Sequence record: OR786310.1 | Reading direction: 5' to 3' (one strand) | Length of the DNA stretch: 64,000 nucleotides | Source of the DNA: Escherichia phage ETEC-TG | Part shown: positions 1 to 9,276 of the stretch, one piece after another | Numbering within the stretch: the stretch's first letter is position 1 | Layout of the letters: every line of letters begins with the position of its first letter | Notes under the pieces: generated by a model | The model's input: the letters and a program-made list of their open reading frames with translations, nothing else | What the model was told of the DNA's origin: nothing | Databases searched by the model: none | Translations under genes and position numbers: made by a program

Positions 1-6
1 CAAAAA

Positions 7-492
7 TCACTCGTCTTGGCATTCTTCCTCCTCAAATGGATCATAAGAATCGTACTCGTAAGTATCATCTTCTGAAAATTCTACTTCGAAATAAATATCA
101 AACTCTGCAAACAGACGTAGGATGTTAGACATGCTGTAATAATTATCGTAGGCAGATTCAGCTTCATAGTAAACATAAAGCAAATGGTTAGCCTTATCAT
201 CTTCCAAATATTTCCCGTCTGCATACGCATAGTCTGCATATGCTTTACCTGCATCTTCCACAAGAGAACGATCAAGCAGAGTAGGAAATGGTTTCTCTTT
301 TTCTTTTAGTTTGCTCACCAACCAATGTGCAATATCATTCCATTCTGCATCCATACCACTAAAGCAACTTGCTTCTTCTCCAAAAGAAGCTTCTCCTAAA
401 TCGCCACTAATACGAACAACATTAGATGAATTATAGCCACACGTTTCACAATCAGAGTAACTATTATGCACATTGACATTTACTTGAAACAT
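7..492 (-). CDS. hypothetical acidic protein
   Basis: 161 aa ORF, D/E-rich, tightly packed with neighbours on the same strand. Confidence 0.4.
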   Translation of the reverse strand: MFQVNVNVHNSYSDCETCGYNSSNVVRISGDLGEASFGEEASCFSGMDAEWNDIAHWLVSKLKEKEKPFPTLLDRSLVEDAGKAYADYAYADGKYLEDDKANHLLYVYYEAESAYDNYYSMSNILRLFAEFDIYFEVEFSEDDTYEYDSYDPFEEEECQDE

Positions 493-550
493 ATTCCCTC
501 CTATAAAAGAAAAGCCCCCTGAAACAGGAGGCTTTGTTCAGATATCGGCA

Positions 551-1204
551 CTATACCAGACTTTCAAGGTATTTGTCAAGGGCTTCTTGATCACCTTGAC
601 AAACATAGCAACGGAAGTCTTGAGCCGAAGGTTGTTTATTTTCATCCCAGTCCCAATAAACATTACCCTTATAACGTGAACCAGGAAACTCAAAAGAGGC
701 TGTATGTGTAATGTACCCTGGGCCACCAGTGAAATCACAGAATGAGAATTGGGGGTATGCCGCCTTTACTGCCTCAATAAACCAAGCTTTACGATCTAAA
801 GCTTCATTGATGCTATACGCATGTCTCTCCATTTCTTCCCACGTTTTCCAGACACTTCTCTCATCAGGAGAAAAGACAAGCCATTCTGGAAGGTATAGAG
901 TGTCATAGTAATCATCATATTCGATCTCGGAGGCGCACGAAGCTGACTCCTCCAGTTTTGAGTAATCAAAAGCAGAATATACCCACCAACCATCTTCCAG
1001 TAAGGCTTTGATAGGGACGAAGCCTTTATCAGCATATTGATCGAATTGTTTGACACGGTGGCTTGTGCAGTCTTCAAACTCACATTCTAAACGATATGCA
1101 CCTTTTCGACGAGCCTCAAGACCGTGTGTACTGAAAATAACAACACTTCCTTCACCATCATTACGATCTACTTGATAAGCAACCACTGGTTTTGAATTTG
1201 ACAT
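551..1204 (-). CDS. hypothetical protein
   Basis: 217 aa ORF; no recognisable motifs by eye. Confidence 0.4.
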   Translation of the reverse strand: MSNSKPVVAYQVDRNDGEGSVVIFSTHGLEARRKGAYRLECEFEDCTSHRVKQFDQYADKGFVPIKALLEDGWWVYSAFDYSKLEESASCASEIEYDDYYDTLYLPEWLVFSPDERSVWKTWEEMERHAYSINEALDRKAWFIEAVKAAYPQFSFCDFTGGPGYITHTASFEFPGSRYKGNVYWDWDENKQPSAQDFRCYVCQGDQEALDKYLESLV

Positions 1205-1887
1205 TATTTCTCCTTATCTAGAAGATTGTTAGACAAAAACACTGCACGAGCAAAACCACGTGCGGTTAGTGATCTAAGTTGTTTTGTTTTTGCACTAGCT
1301 CCACCTAAGCTTTTCCAACCCCAGAAGCAGCCTATATGATCTACTGGTTTCTTCACTGGTTGAACAAAACCGTTGCCGTGCCAAATACAAGTTTTCTTTG
1401 TATACCCATCACGGGTAGGCATTTTAGGATGAAAGCTTCCTTCCTCTTCAAACAAATACCCACCATACTCATAAGGATCAAAGTAAAAATCGGGTTTACG
1501 CCATAAGGTTGAAAGTTTACCTACTGGGTTCTCAATCATCCAAGGAACATTATATTTGTTACCCAAAGCTTCCACTACACGAATATTAGCTAAAGCTTCA
1601 TCCAATGCCTCTGTGCTGCGTTCGTGTTTGCTACCACTACCTGCTAACATAGTGCAAGGTGGAAATCCAAAAATAATATCGGGTTTAGGTATCCCATGAT
1701 CTTCAGGGTTGAATGTAGAATCTATCCAGGCATTCACATAGGTTATGTTTGGGTGCTCCATCCTAACCTCGTATTTACCGTGATCCCCTTCATCAGCGTT
1801 TACACAAAAACATTTGTGACCTGCTTCGGCATAACGTAACACCATGATCCCAGATCCGTCAAACATAGACAAAACTGTTTTACTCAT
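1204..1887 (-). CDS. putative DNA (cytosine-5)-methyltransferase-like protein
   Basis: Motif I-like SMFDGSG, Cys-containing GFPPCT (PCQ-like) and ENPVG (ENV-like). Start moved to internal ATG (MSKTV) preceded by GGAGG, overlapping upstream stop as ATGAGTAA. Confidence 0.45.
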   Translation of the reverse strand: MSKTVLSMFDGSGIMVLRYAEAGHKCFCVNADEGDHGKYEVRMEHPNITYVNAWIDSTFNPEDHGIPKPDIIFGFPPCTMLAGSGSKHERSTEALDEALANIRVVEALGNKYNVPWMIENPVGKLSTLWRKPDFYFDPYEYGGYLFEEEGSFHPKMPTRDGYTKKTCIWHGNGFVQPVKKPVDHIGCFWGWKSLGGASAKTKQLRSLTARGFARAVFLSNNLLDKEK

Positions 1888-2293
1888 TACCCCTCCATTC
1901 AAGACAAGCCATAACTTTACGCCAATCACTTTCTGTAAGAAAAATCTCGTTTGCTTTCTTCCACAAATCTAAATCGTGAAGGGTTGGAATACGATATGTT
2001 AGTTCACAGAATCTATGCTCTTCTTCTGTAATATAACCAAAATGCAGAGCCACATCGTGAAACCAACACCAACCATGCATCTCTCGAACAACATGGTCAT
2101 GTTGAGACATTATTTTATGCCGTAAACCTAACCAACAAGGAACAGATACTTTAGTAGTCTTTAATCTGTGATCAACAGTATTAGAGTATTCAATAATAGC
2201 TGTCAGTTTCAATCGTGCTTTTTCTAAATCCTCATGGGTCACTTTGAAATAACTTTCTGAAAGATATCCACACATATTAATAACCTCCTTCAA
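1880..2293 (-). CDS. hypothetical protein
   Basis: 137 aa ORF, translationally coupled to neighbours. Confidence 0.4.
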   Translation of the reverse strand: MKEVINMCGYLSESYFKVTHEDLEKARLKLTAIIEYSNTVDHRLKTTKVSVPCWLGLRHKIMSQHDHVVREMHGWCWFHDVALHFGYITEEEHRFCELTYRIPTLHDLDLWKKANEIFLTESDWRKVMACLEWRGNE

Positions 2294-3218
2294 AAGGCTT
2301 AACTACATGTTGATTAGCTTTAAAACGTTCAACATAGTCGTTTTCGCCCATGTTTTCATATAGCTTAGTAATAACATAAAAGTTTTCCCAAGCATATTCC
2401 CTAAACCAACCACTAGTGATGGATGTGCAGACTTTAGATAAAGCCATTATAAAACTTTGCTTAGGGGTTGGACCTCCGATCTCTTCACCGAAAGGAATTT
2501 GTGAACGTTCCAAAGCCAAAACACACGCTTCTTCATAAACACCTAACAGGCGCACATGTTTTGGTTGAGCAAAAAACTTTTCTTTGCTGGTCATAACTTC
2601 ACTTCCATCTTTCATATAAGATTTATATGCTGGAGCATCCATTACCGCGATTGCTTCATGGATAGAATCATGATCATAAACATACGGAACCTCATCACCT
2701 TTAAAGAAGTCTTTACTTTTTACGTTTAAGTTCGGATGAGAGTAAGTGTATGTTTCTTTCTCACGCAACTCATAAATACTCTTAAGATTTTCTGGGATCT
2801 TTGCACCCAGTGACCGCATGAAATGAATATCTTTCATAGTTTTAAAGAAGTGAGGACTATCCTTTTTAAAACGATGACTCATTTTAAGAAGGTAGAGCAC
2901 ATCTAAAGGAGCAACAACATGTCCAGCGTAAGTTCGACGAACATCATCAGAATCTTCACAATAACTAATCAAAGCTTCTGTGCTATCTCCTTGAGAAGCA
3001 ATATCGTATTCCAAATGTGCACCAGCTATCATTTTGACATGGCCTTTGTTTCCTTTACGTTCTACAAGTTCAACAAACTCATCTTGAGAGAACATTTTTG
3101 ATAATTCTTCCCACTCTTGTTCTGTACACAGGTAATCTAAATCTACACAAGGGCGATACAAGTCTTTTCCCATGTCCATAGCATGAATTTGTAATGCACG
3201 GCTACCAATTAACACCAT
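2277..3218 (-). CDS. hypothetical protein, possible nucleotidyltransferase fold
   Basis: 313 aa; N-terminal GS followed by CVDLDYL resembles the hG[GS]...[DE]h[DE]h signature of Pol-beta-like NTases. Confidence 0.4.
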   Translation of the reverse strand: MVLIGSRALQIHAMDMGKDLYRPCVDLDYLCTEQEWEELSKMFSQDEFVELVERKGNKGHVKMIAGAHLEYDIASQGDSTEALISYCEDSDDVRRTYAGHVVAPLDVLYLLKMSHRFKKDSPHFFKTMKDIHFMRSLGAKIPENLKSIYELREKETYTYSHPNLNVKSKDFFKGDEVPYVYDHDSIHEAIAVMDAPAYKSYMKDGSEVMTSKEKFFAQPKHVRLLGVYEEACVLALERSQIPFGEEIGGPTPKQSFIMALSKVCTSITSGWFREYAWENFYVITKLYENMGENDYVERFKANQHVVKPFEGGY

Positions 3219-3275
3219 AATATTTCTCCTCTATTGGTTGATAGGTTAAGTTTATCAAGCTTCCAGATTCCTGTC

Positions 3276-3300
3276 AATAAAAAACCCGCCGAAGCGGGTT
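3276..3300 (-). terminator. intrinsic terminator (UUCG-loop hairpin plus U-run)
   Basis: Minus-strand reading CCCGC-TTCG-GCGGG followed by TTTTTT, downstream of ORF 3309..3581. Confidence 0.6.
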
Positions 3301-3308
3301 ATTATTTA

Positions 3309-3581
3309 CTAACACATTGAGGAAGAAGAGATCCAAACACCTCTTGTGGTTAAACCATTTTCATCCAACTCTACACCATAATCTTCACAAATGAAATCAA
3401 TATAGTGATCTGCGGCTGGCGTTCCTGTAGGGTAATAAGTTTCTCCGTTACCGTAGTCACCTATCCAAGCTTGTTCCTGAAACTGTTCACAAAGTTCTTC
3501 AATTTCCTTACGAAACTTTCTTTGTGCTTGTTCCATCTCTTTAACTTTCTTTTTTATCAGCAGTTCGCCTTCAGACTCCAC
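3309..3581 (-). CDS. small acidic protein, W-x-SSS-C tail family
   Basis: 90 aa ending RGVWISSSSMC; same C-terminal tail as two neighbouring ORFs. Confidence 0.45.
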   Translation of the reverse strand: MESEGELLIKKKVKEMEQAQRKFRKEIEELCEQFQEQAWIGDYGNGETYYPTGTPAADHYIDFICEDYGVELDENGLTTRGVWISSSSMC

Positions 3582-3590
3582 AATCCCTCC

Positions 3591-3809
3591 TTAACAGCTA
3601 CTACTGTGCCAAACGCCTTGAGAATTAACGACGAAACCATCATCACCTTCACCATAACAAGAAGAGGATTGCCAATCTTCAAAACAGATTGCGTCATTTT
3701 CTAAACTAAGACCAAAACCAGCATCTTCAGCTTCTTTTGTAAGTTCGTCCACTAAAGCCATAATAGCTTGGGCTTTTTCAGTTAATTCTTCAACATTACG
3801 ATCACTCAT
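3591..3809 (-). CDS. small acidic protein, W-x-SSS-C tail family
   Basis: Start taken at internal MSDRN; contains internal WQSSSC and ends QGVWHSSSC. Confidence 0.45.
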   Translation of the reverse strand: MSDRNVEELTEKAQAIMALVDELTKEAEDAGFGLSLENDAICFEDWQSSSCYGEGDDGFVVNSQGVWHSSSC

Positions 3810-4083
3810 TAGTATTTCTCCTCTGGTTGGAAAACTGAACGACAAGCCCACATACTAGCTTCTTTTAAATGTTTAATAGCACAACGGATTTGATCAATAC
3901 GTTCGTATGCAAGATCTAATTCTTTTTCTGTGCCGTCAAAAGACCCATGATATGCTTCACAATACTCTTCCTCTAAAGCTTTGAAGATTAAACCTAAACG
4001 CTCTTCTGCATCTTTAATAGCGTTAACCTTGCCAATCTTATCGTCAGTATGCGCCTTATAACCTTTGATATCTTCGATTCCCA
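3809..4083 (-). CDS. hypothetical protein (GTG start)
   Basis: TAGGAGGT then aaa then GTG gives VGIEDIKGY...; the ATG-extended form in the ORF track lacks an RBS and overlaps the upstream gene. Confidence 0.4.
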
Positions 4084-4095
4084 CTTTACCTCCTA

Positions 4096-4293
4096 TTAAC
4101 AACTTAAAGAAGATGGATGCCAATTTGTTCCAGTATTCTCATTTTCATCTTCTGGATCATAATAGCCACCCATCCCATATTCAGGGGAGAAACGGAAACC
4201 TTTACCAGTCTCATCTGCTAACTGCTCTGCTTCGGCTAAAGCCTCATAAGCTGCTTTTACGGCTTCTTCTACTGTTTTAAACTTGGTCGTCAT
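4096..4293 (-). CDS. small acidic protein, W-x-SSS-C tail family
   Basis: 65 aa ending TNWHPSSLSC. Confidence 0.45.
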   Translation of the reverse strand: MTTKFKTVEEAVKAAYEALAEAEQLADETGKGFRFSPEYGMGGYYDPEDENENTGTNWHPSSLSC

Positions 4294-4567
4294 AAAATTT
4301 CTCCTCTCCTAAAGACATGTTGACATGAAATGCACGATATGTAAATTCGTTGTCCGTTGTGTTTGAATAAAACTCAAATTGAACAACACCGTCTTGAGAA
4401 GACAGATACATGCCAATTTGAACTGTTCCTTCTGGTACCAGGTAAGCATACTCTGGACGTAGTGTTACATTGTAAAAATAAAGTTCCCCAACACCCATTT
4501 CATCCCAAGCTTCCCAAGCGGTAACGAAGTTACTTTCAAAACTTGTTACTGATCCGAACTCTGCCAT
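4277..4567 (-). CDS. hypothetical protein
   Basis: 96 aa ORF. Confidence 0.4.
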   Translation of the reverse strand: MAEFGSVTSFESNFVTAWEAWDEMGVGELYFYNVTLRPEYAYLVPEGTVQIGMYLSSQDGVVQFEFYSNTTDNEFTYRAFHVNMSLGEEKFYDDQV

Positions 4568-5058
4568 AAAACCTCCTCAATCTTGTAGTTTGACTCCATC
4601 TCCAACACATTTCCACGAACGTCTCTCCGAAGAAAGGCATAAGCTTTATTAGGTATTGTAGACTCATATTTAACCATATCTGGCACAGCAAAAGATACTA
4701 CTACTCCTGCTGGGCTTCTGTCAAGAGCCTTATTAATATTTCTAAGGATATCGTTAGCCAAGATTTCTGCCAATTCTCCAAGAACGGTTTCGGTTATATC
4801 TTTATATCCCATTAAGTATTTGTTGATATCTTTCATCTCTGTATTGTTCAGAGTATAATCCAAAGGATAGAAATTCAAAGCGGAGTCACTTTTATGTGTC
4901 CACATGAAATGCACCCGATCCGAGCAGAATCGTAACCCTCTTTGAAGAATATCTTCTACAACAGGCAGAATTTCTTTTGTCACATCATTAACCATGTTGT
5001 AATCTAAGATTTCTGCCAAGTTTGTTCTTTGTTCACCACGTTTACGTTTAGGAATCAC
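4546..5058 (-). CDS. hypothetical protein
   Basis: 170 aa ORF. Confidence 0.4.
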   Translation of the reverse strand: MIPKRKRGEQRTNLAEILDYNMVNDVTKEILPVVEDILQRGLRFCSDRVHFMWTHKSDSALNFYPLDYTLNNTEMKDINKYLMGYKDITETVLGELAEILANDILRNINKALDRSPAGVVVSFAVPDMVKYESTIPNKAYAFLRRDVRGNVLEMESNYKIEEVLWQSSDQ

Positions 5059-5629
5059 TTGTTATTGCCCTCATTACCAAAGGTCGTAGAAAATCGTAAA
5101 TCTCTTGTTTTGTTTTCCCACGAATGTTTAAACAAGGAACATTATTGGCTTTAGCTATCTTCCAAGCCGTAGCTGTTCCACCTTTTGCATCTCCATGTTT
5201 ATCAGTATTAGCACAAGCCAACAAGAAACATGATGGAGCAGGATTCTCCAAATCTCTACCTAACACTTGATGCACATTACGTTGGTGCAATTTTCTAGCA
5301 CCCTGCTTAAGCTTTTCATAGGCTGGGTGAACATCTTTGATCCATTGCACAGAGATAGCATAGTTCATTGTATCTGGTTTTGCAAGAACAATAACATCCC
5401 CTGGAATCTGATTACCTTTGAAATTTTCCCAAGGAACATAAATCTCCTTGTTAGTAGGATTTTCAGACTCTTGGACACCTGTTTCAAAAGCAGAATCACT
5501 ACCCTCTGCCTTCCCAGACCTTAATTTAAACCCAAGGTTTGAAAGCCATTTCCCTATGCCTACCATCAAAGCCCACTCTTCTTCGGATATGTCTCTACTT
5601 CCAACTCCCGTATAGAACAGTTCTGCCAT
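5048..5629 (-). CDS. hypothetical protein, possible DprA/SLOG-like Rossmann fold
   Basis: Start at MAELFYTGVGSRDI preceded by GAGGTGA; G-x-G-S-R motif resembles DprA/Smf-type nucleotide-binding proteins. Confidence 0.35.
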   Translation of the reverse strand: MAELFYTGVGSRDISEEEWALMVGIGKWLSNLGFKLRSGKAEGSDSAFETGVQESENPTNKEIYVPWENFKGNQIPGDVIVLAKPDTMNYAISVQWIKDVHPAYEKLKQGARKLHQRNVHQVLGRDLENPAPSCFLLACANTDKHGDAKGGTATAWKIAKANNVPCLNIRGKTKQEIYDFLRPLVMRAITSDS

Positions 5630-5636
5630 AATCACC

Positions 5637-5945
5637 TCAACAAGTAATTTCAAAAGGTGTATAGGGTTCCGTATTTCTCATGATCCAAGGACTGCTAGGA
5701 TTGCTCGGATCATAAGGGCCAAAAGGTTTTATGGTAGGTTGTGTTTCTTTCTTCTGAATCTCTTCAAAAATACGACGAAGTTCAGAATATTCTTGATCCA
5801 CCATAAGATTCGGTGCATCTGATTCTACAGCTTGCAGGTTATCTTCCTTAAGAACAATCTCACGAACAAGATTAACATCTTCTGTTTCTAAGATAACTTC
5901 TTTACGGATATTGCCTACACTTTGAATAATTGTAATCTTATACAT
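5637..5945 (-). CDS. hypothetical protein
   Basis: 102 aa ORF. Confidence 0.4.
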   Translation of the reverse strand: MYKITIIQSVGNIRKEVILETEDVNLVREIVLKEDNLQAVESDAPNLMVDQEYSELRRIFEEIQKKETQPTIKPFGPYDPSNPSSPWIMRNTEPYTPFEITC

Positions 5946-6688
5946 TAATCCTCCTCAAGAGTTGAATAAAATTGAAGACCACCGTCCATATCGAAATAAG
6001 CAAATGTTAAGTTATTATTGAACACAGATCCAGTATCCATATAAACACGATTCGCATTGATAACAGGTGTTTTTACATAAGAGTGTCCATGAAACACATA
6101 ATCCACACCCATCACAACAGGAAGTTTCATTCCCTCTTTAGCACAGTCTACCATATCTCTGTCCCACATAAGTGCTTCAGCAAAACGGTTTTCCTGTGTT
6201 TTTGTCATCTTCGAAATGTATTCTGGAATATCTGTTACAGGGAGATATTCCAAAGAAGATGGATACCCACCATGAATAAACGCAAGTTTCATGCCTCTGT
6301 AGTTAACAATGAGAACAACAGGTAAATCTTCTGTCATCATTGCTAAGGCTGTAGCTCCTTCTTCACCACATTCTTCAAAGACCGTATATCCTCCATTTTG
6401 ATACCAACACTCGTAGTAGCTACGATCTCCTTCCAGCATACCTTTAATCATCATGTCTTCATGATTGCCACGAATAGCGTAGCGATTGTGTTTACGAGTA
6501 AATTCTAAAACACAACGAAAGTTTTGCTTTCCACGGTCAGTAAGATCTCCTAGAGATACAACCACATCTGTATCTCGGATACCTAACTTTGCCTTTCCTT
6601 TTTCATACAAATTATAACAACCGTGTAGATCTCCAATTATAAAAAGATCTTGATCGCTTTTAACAGTAATTTCTCTGTGTATGATCAC
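5945..6688 (-). CDS. Ser/Thr protein phosphatase (calcineurin-like metallophosphoesterase)
   Basis: GDLHGCYN, GDLTDRG and RGNHE motifs typical of lambda-PPase/ApaH-type phosphoesterases. Confidence 0.75.
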   Translation of the reverse strand: MIIHREITVKSDQDLFIIGDLHGCYNLYEKGKAKLGIRDTDVVVSLGDLTDRGKQNFRCVLEFTRKHNRYAIRGNHEDMMIKGMLEGDRSYYECWYQNGGYTVFEECGEEGATALAMMTEDLPVVLIVNYRGMKLAFIHGGYPSSLEYLPVTDIPEYISKMTKTQENRFAEALMWDRDMVDCAKEGMKLPVVMGVDYVFHGHSYVKTPVINANRVYMDTGSVFNNNLTFAYFDMDGGLQFYSTLEED

Positions 6689-7014
6689 TTATCCTCCTCA
6701 AAATCTAAGAAAATAAAAATATTCACCTTTCCTTCAATCTCTTGTTCTAAAACAAGATCGGCAAATTCTGCATAAGCTTTCTCTTCAACTTTTTCAATAT
6801 GTTCTGCGGCATCTTTAAAAGGTGTATCCCCATCCACCTTTACTAATAAGAAAAGAGATCGCATTTCGACGCTTTTACTGTTACGAGGAAGGAAATCTAC
6901 AGCTTCAACAATTCTCCAACCCAAATAGCCAGGGGTTTTATGAATCTCCCCTAAATACTTTTCTAAGATTTTACGACCCTCGTCGATAAGGGCTTGTTCT
7001 GTAGTAATTTCCAT
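6685..7014 (-). CDS. hypothetical protein
   Basis: 109 aa ORF. Confidence 0.4.
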   Translation of the reverse strand: MEITTEQALIDEGRKILEKYLGEIHKTPGYLGWRIVEAVDFLPRNSKSVEMRSLFLLVKVDGDTPFKDAAEHIEKVEEKAYAEFADLVLEQEIEGKVNIFIFLDFEEDK

Positions 7015-7024
7015 TCCTTCCTCC

Positions 7025-7615
7025 TCAAATTATTAACGAAACCGCATGACTAAATCTTGGTTCAGATATAACCTCTGCTACAGTCACATATGTATCGTGC
7101 AGCCAAAAAGATTCTACTCTACAAACACAAATACCGTTGATAATGAAATCTACACAGGCTTTATTATTTTCGCACACTTGTTGACTATAAACAACCCCTA
7201 AAGAGTCATAAAGTGATCTCACTGTTGCTACCATTTCATCTGTTTCGTCTTCCTGTGAAACAAAGAAAACGAATACAGACAAGTTATTAGCGAAAGTATT
7301 GCTATTCTCTACTTCAACCGACTTACAAGGTAAAAAGGAGTAATATTTACCGTTAGGTATCAATTTCGCCTCAACCTGGTTAAGTATGCTTTGAGATGGT
7401 TTTGTTACATAAAAAAGATTTTCTGTTGGGTTTTCAACATTACTCCTTACTATGCAACGAGTGGGGTTCGAAGGATCAAAAACATGATCGAAATCGACAC
7501 ACACAGGTAAGTTAACAACTTTAAACTTTTTGCTAAGAATGCTTACTGCTGTAAAAATCAAACCAGCATTTATTTTGCCAGTGAAAGTTGAACGCATAAC
7601 TACTCCTCGGATCAT
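7025..7615 (-). CDS. hypothetical protein
   Basis: 196 aa ORF. Confidence 0.4.
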   Translation of the reverse strand: MIRGVVMRSTFTGKINAGLIFTAVSILSKKFKVVNLPVCVDFDHVFDPSNPTRCIVRSNVENPTENLFYVTKPSQSILNQVEAKLIPNGKYYSFLPCKSVEVENSNTFANNLSVFVFFVSQEDETDEMVATVRSLYDSLGVVYSQQVCENNKACVDFIINGICVCRVESFWLHDTYVTVAEVISEPRFSHAVSLII

Positions 7616-7806
7616 TCTACCAAAGAGAATTCCGCCTCTTCCAGGTAGATTACAGACCTTGTTGCATGATATTTAACGCTCCAGAAATTACCTTCGCGCC
7701 GTAAAAGTATCTCATTCACATCAAGATTGCTTAGAAAAACCATATAACTTAAAGCTTGTTGACGCGTTGAGAATTGTTTCTCTAAAAGTTCTTCTCCGCT
7801 CTGCAT
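7612..7806 (-). CDS. hypothetical protein
   Basis: 64 aa ORF, overlapping stop/start with neighbour. Confidence 0.3.
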   Translation of the reverse strand: MQSGEELLEKQFSTRQQALSYMVFLSNLDVNEILLRREGNFWSVKYHATRSVIYLEEAEFSLVE

Positions 7807-7851
7807 AATCCCTCCTTAAAATACTCCCTCCGAAAAGGGAGTATAAGTATA

Positions 7852-8055
7852 TCACGTAGTTGTTATGTTGTCTTCTTGGATACTAGAATCCACTTCTGCA
7901 AACATATCTTCTGCACTGTAATTATTTCCAGTCCAGCGTGATAAAAGGATAGCACCAATCTCTTTTGCATGAGATTCGGACTCCGCATAAACGTTAGTCC
8001 CAGTGTCACCTTTTTTCTTTTCATGTGCATAAATGCAGTAATAATTGTAAGCCAT
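7852..8055 (-). CDS. hypothetical protein
   Basis: 67 aa ORF. Confidence 0.3.
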   Translation of the reverse strand: MAYNYYCIYAHEKKKGDTGTNVYAESESHAKEIGAILLSRWTGNNYSAEDMFAEVDSSIQEDNITTT

Positions 8056-8291
8056 TAATCTTCCCAGTCATTGCCCTCGGTAGAGTGAACTAAAGCTCGC
8101 ACGATACCACCGTAATCTACTGCCTGATTTGCAGCATGTTCGGCATAAACTTCAATGGCTTTTTTGAAGAAAAGAGCAGTAGCTGCTTCAATATTATCCA
8201 TTTCACCATCTACGTCAGTAGAAAGTGAAAGGTTGAGGCTTTCATCTACTTCATCAAAATCAATAGCCACTGTCATAATTAGTTTACCCAT
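8055..8291 (-). CDS. hypothetical acidic protein
   Basis: 78 aa ORF. Confidence 0.35.
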   Translation of the reverse strand: MGKLIMTVAIDFDEVDESLNLSLSTDVDGEMDNIEAATALFFKKAIEVYAEHAANQAVDYGGIVRALVHSTEGNDWED

Positions 8292-8303
8292 AGTTCACAC
8301 TCC

Positions 8304-8813
8304 TTAAACAAAATAAAATGGTTGAGAGAGGCCCAAACGATTCTTTGGGTCGTATACATACCAAGCGTATGCTGTCTTATCTGTTCCACCTGCAACAAAC
8401 GAAGGCCGTTCTGAAAGGACTATAAGGTTTGTTGGTGGATTCTTTTGATGGAACTCTCGTCGTTTCTTTGACTCCAAGAAGCCCAACCGAAGAAGATAAA
8501 TACAAACATCCGCCTCTTTTAAGCTCTTTTCCAAGAACTCCATTGCTAACTTAAATGGAGGGTTTGTGATTATAATGTCGGGACGATTTTCCCATTCATG
8601 ACTAAAATAATCTTTACCTTCTTCAAGTTCGCAATATTCTGAACCTTCAGGAAAATGGCGATAAATCGCTTCAGCTTCACCTCTGCAAGGTTCTGCAAAA
8701 ACCCAACCTTCTTCCTTTAGATTTTTGAAATCTATAACACTAAACAAACTATTGATTGCTTTTTGCGGTGTCGGATAATAATCGCTCGTTGGGCGATCAT
8801 AATCTAATGCCAT
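8304..8813 (-). CDS. putative DNA methyltransferase (N6-adenine or N4-cytosine type)
   Basis: DYYPTPQ (AdoMet-binding-like) and NPPF (motif IV of amino-MTases) in a 169 aa protein. Confidence 0.55.
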   Translation of the reverse strand: MALDYDRPTSDYYPTPQKAINSLFSVIDFKNLKEEGWVFAEPCRGEAEAIYRHFPEGSEYCELEEGKDYFSHEWENRPDIIITNPPFKLAMEFLEKSLKEADVCIYLLRLGFLESKKRREFHQKNPPTNLIVLSERPSFVAGGTDKTAYAWYVYDPKNRLGLSQPFYFV

Positions 8814-9231
8814 CTAAAATCTCCTCTTTTGTAATATTATCCAACTCTTTAAAAGATGAAATCTCGTTTAATAATCCTATTTGATCAGCCTCTAGAGGAT
8901 AAGTGTTTTTATCTGTTTTTCTAGACAGAATATCTTCAACAAACTTATCAATAGCCAAAGAAGAATCATAAAATTTTAAAAGTTGGTAATCCATAGGAGA
9001 TATTTTATCATCTCTTAGAAATATTTCTAACATGTTTTCAGGAGTATCGTGGTTTAGTTTATGTTCACCAAAAATATTAACTTCGTAAACATCTTTGCCA
9101 AACCAACGTTTTTTCTTTTCAACAGTATAGGTTTTTGCCACCAGACCATCTAAACAGTTTCTTGCCCTCTTACATGTTTGACGGTAAGAGTGGATAGCGC
9201 CTTCAACAAACTTAGCAGGAACTTGTAACAT
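8797..9231 (-). CDS. hypothetical protein
   Basis: 144 aa ORF with RBS ATAGGAGA. Confidence 0.4.
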   Translation of the reverse strand: MLQVPAKFVEGAIHSYRQTCKRARNCLDGLVAKTYTVEKKKRWFGKDVYEVNIFGEHKLNHDTPENMLEIFLRDDKISPMDYQLLKFYDSSLAIDKFVEDILSRKTDKNTYPLEADQIGLLNEISSFKELDNITKEEILDGIRL

Positions 9232-9276
9232 TATTAATCTCCTATGTTTAAGAAATGCCCCCGAAGGGGCAGTTTG

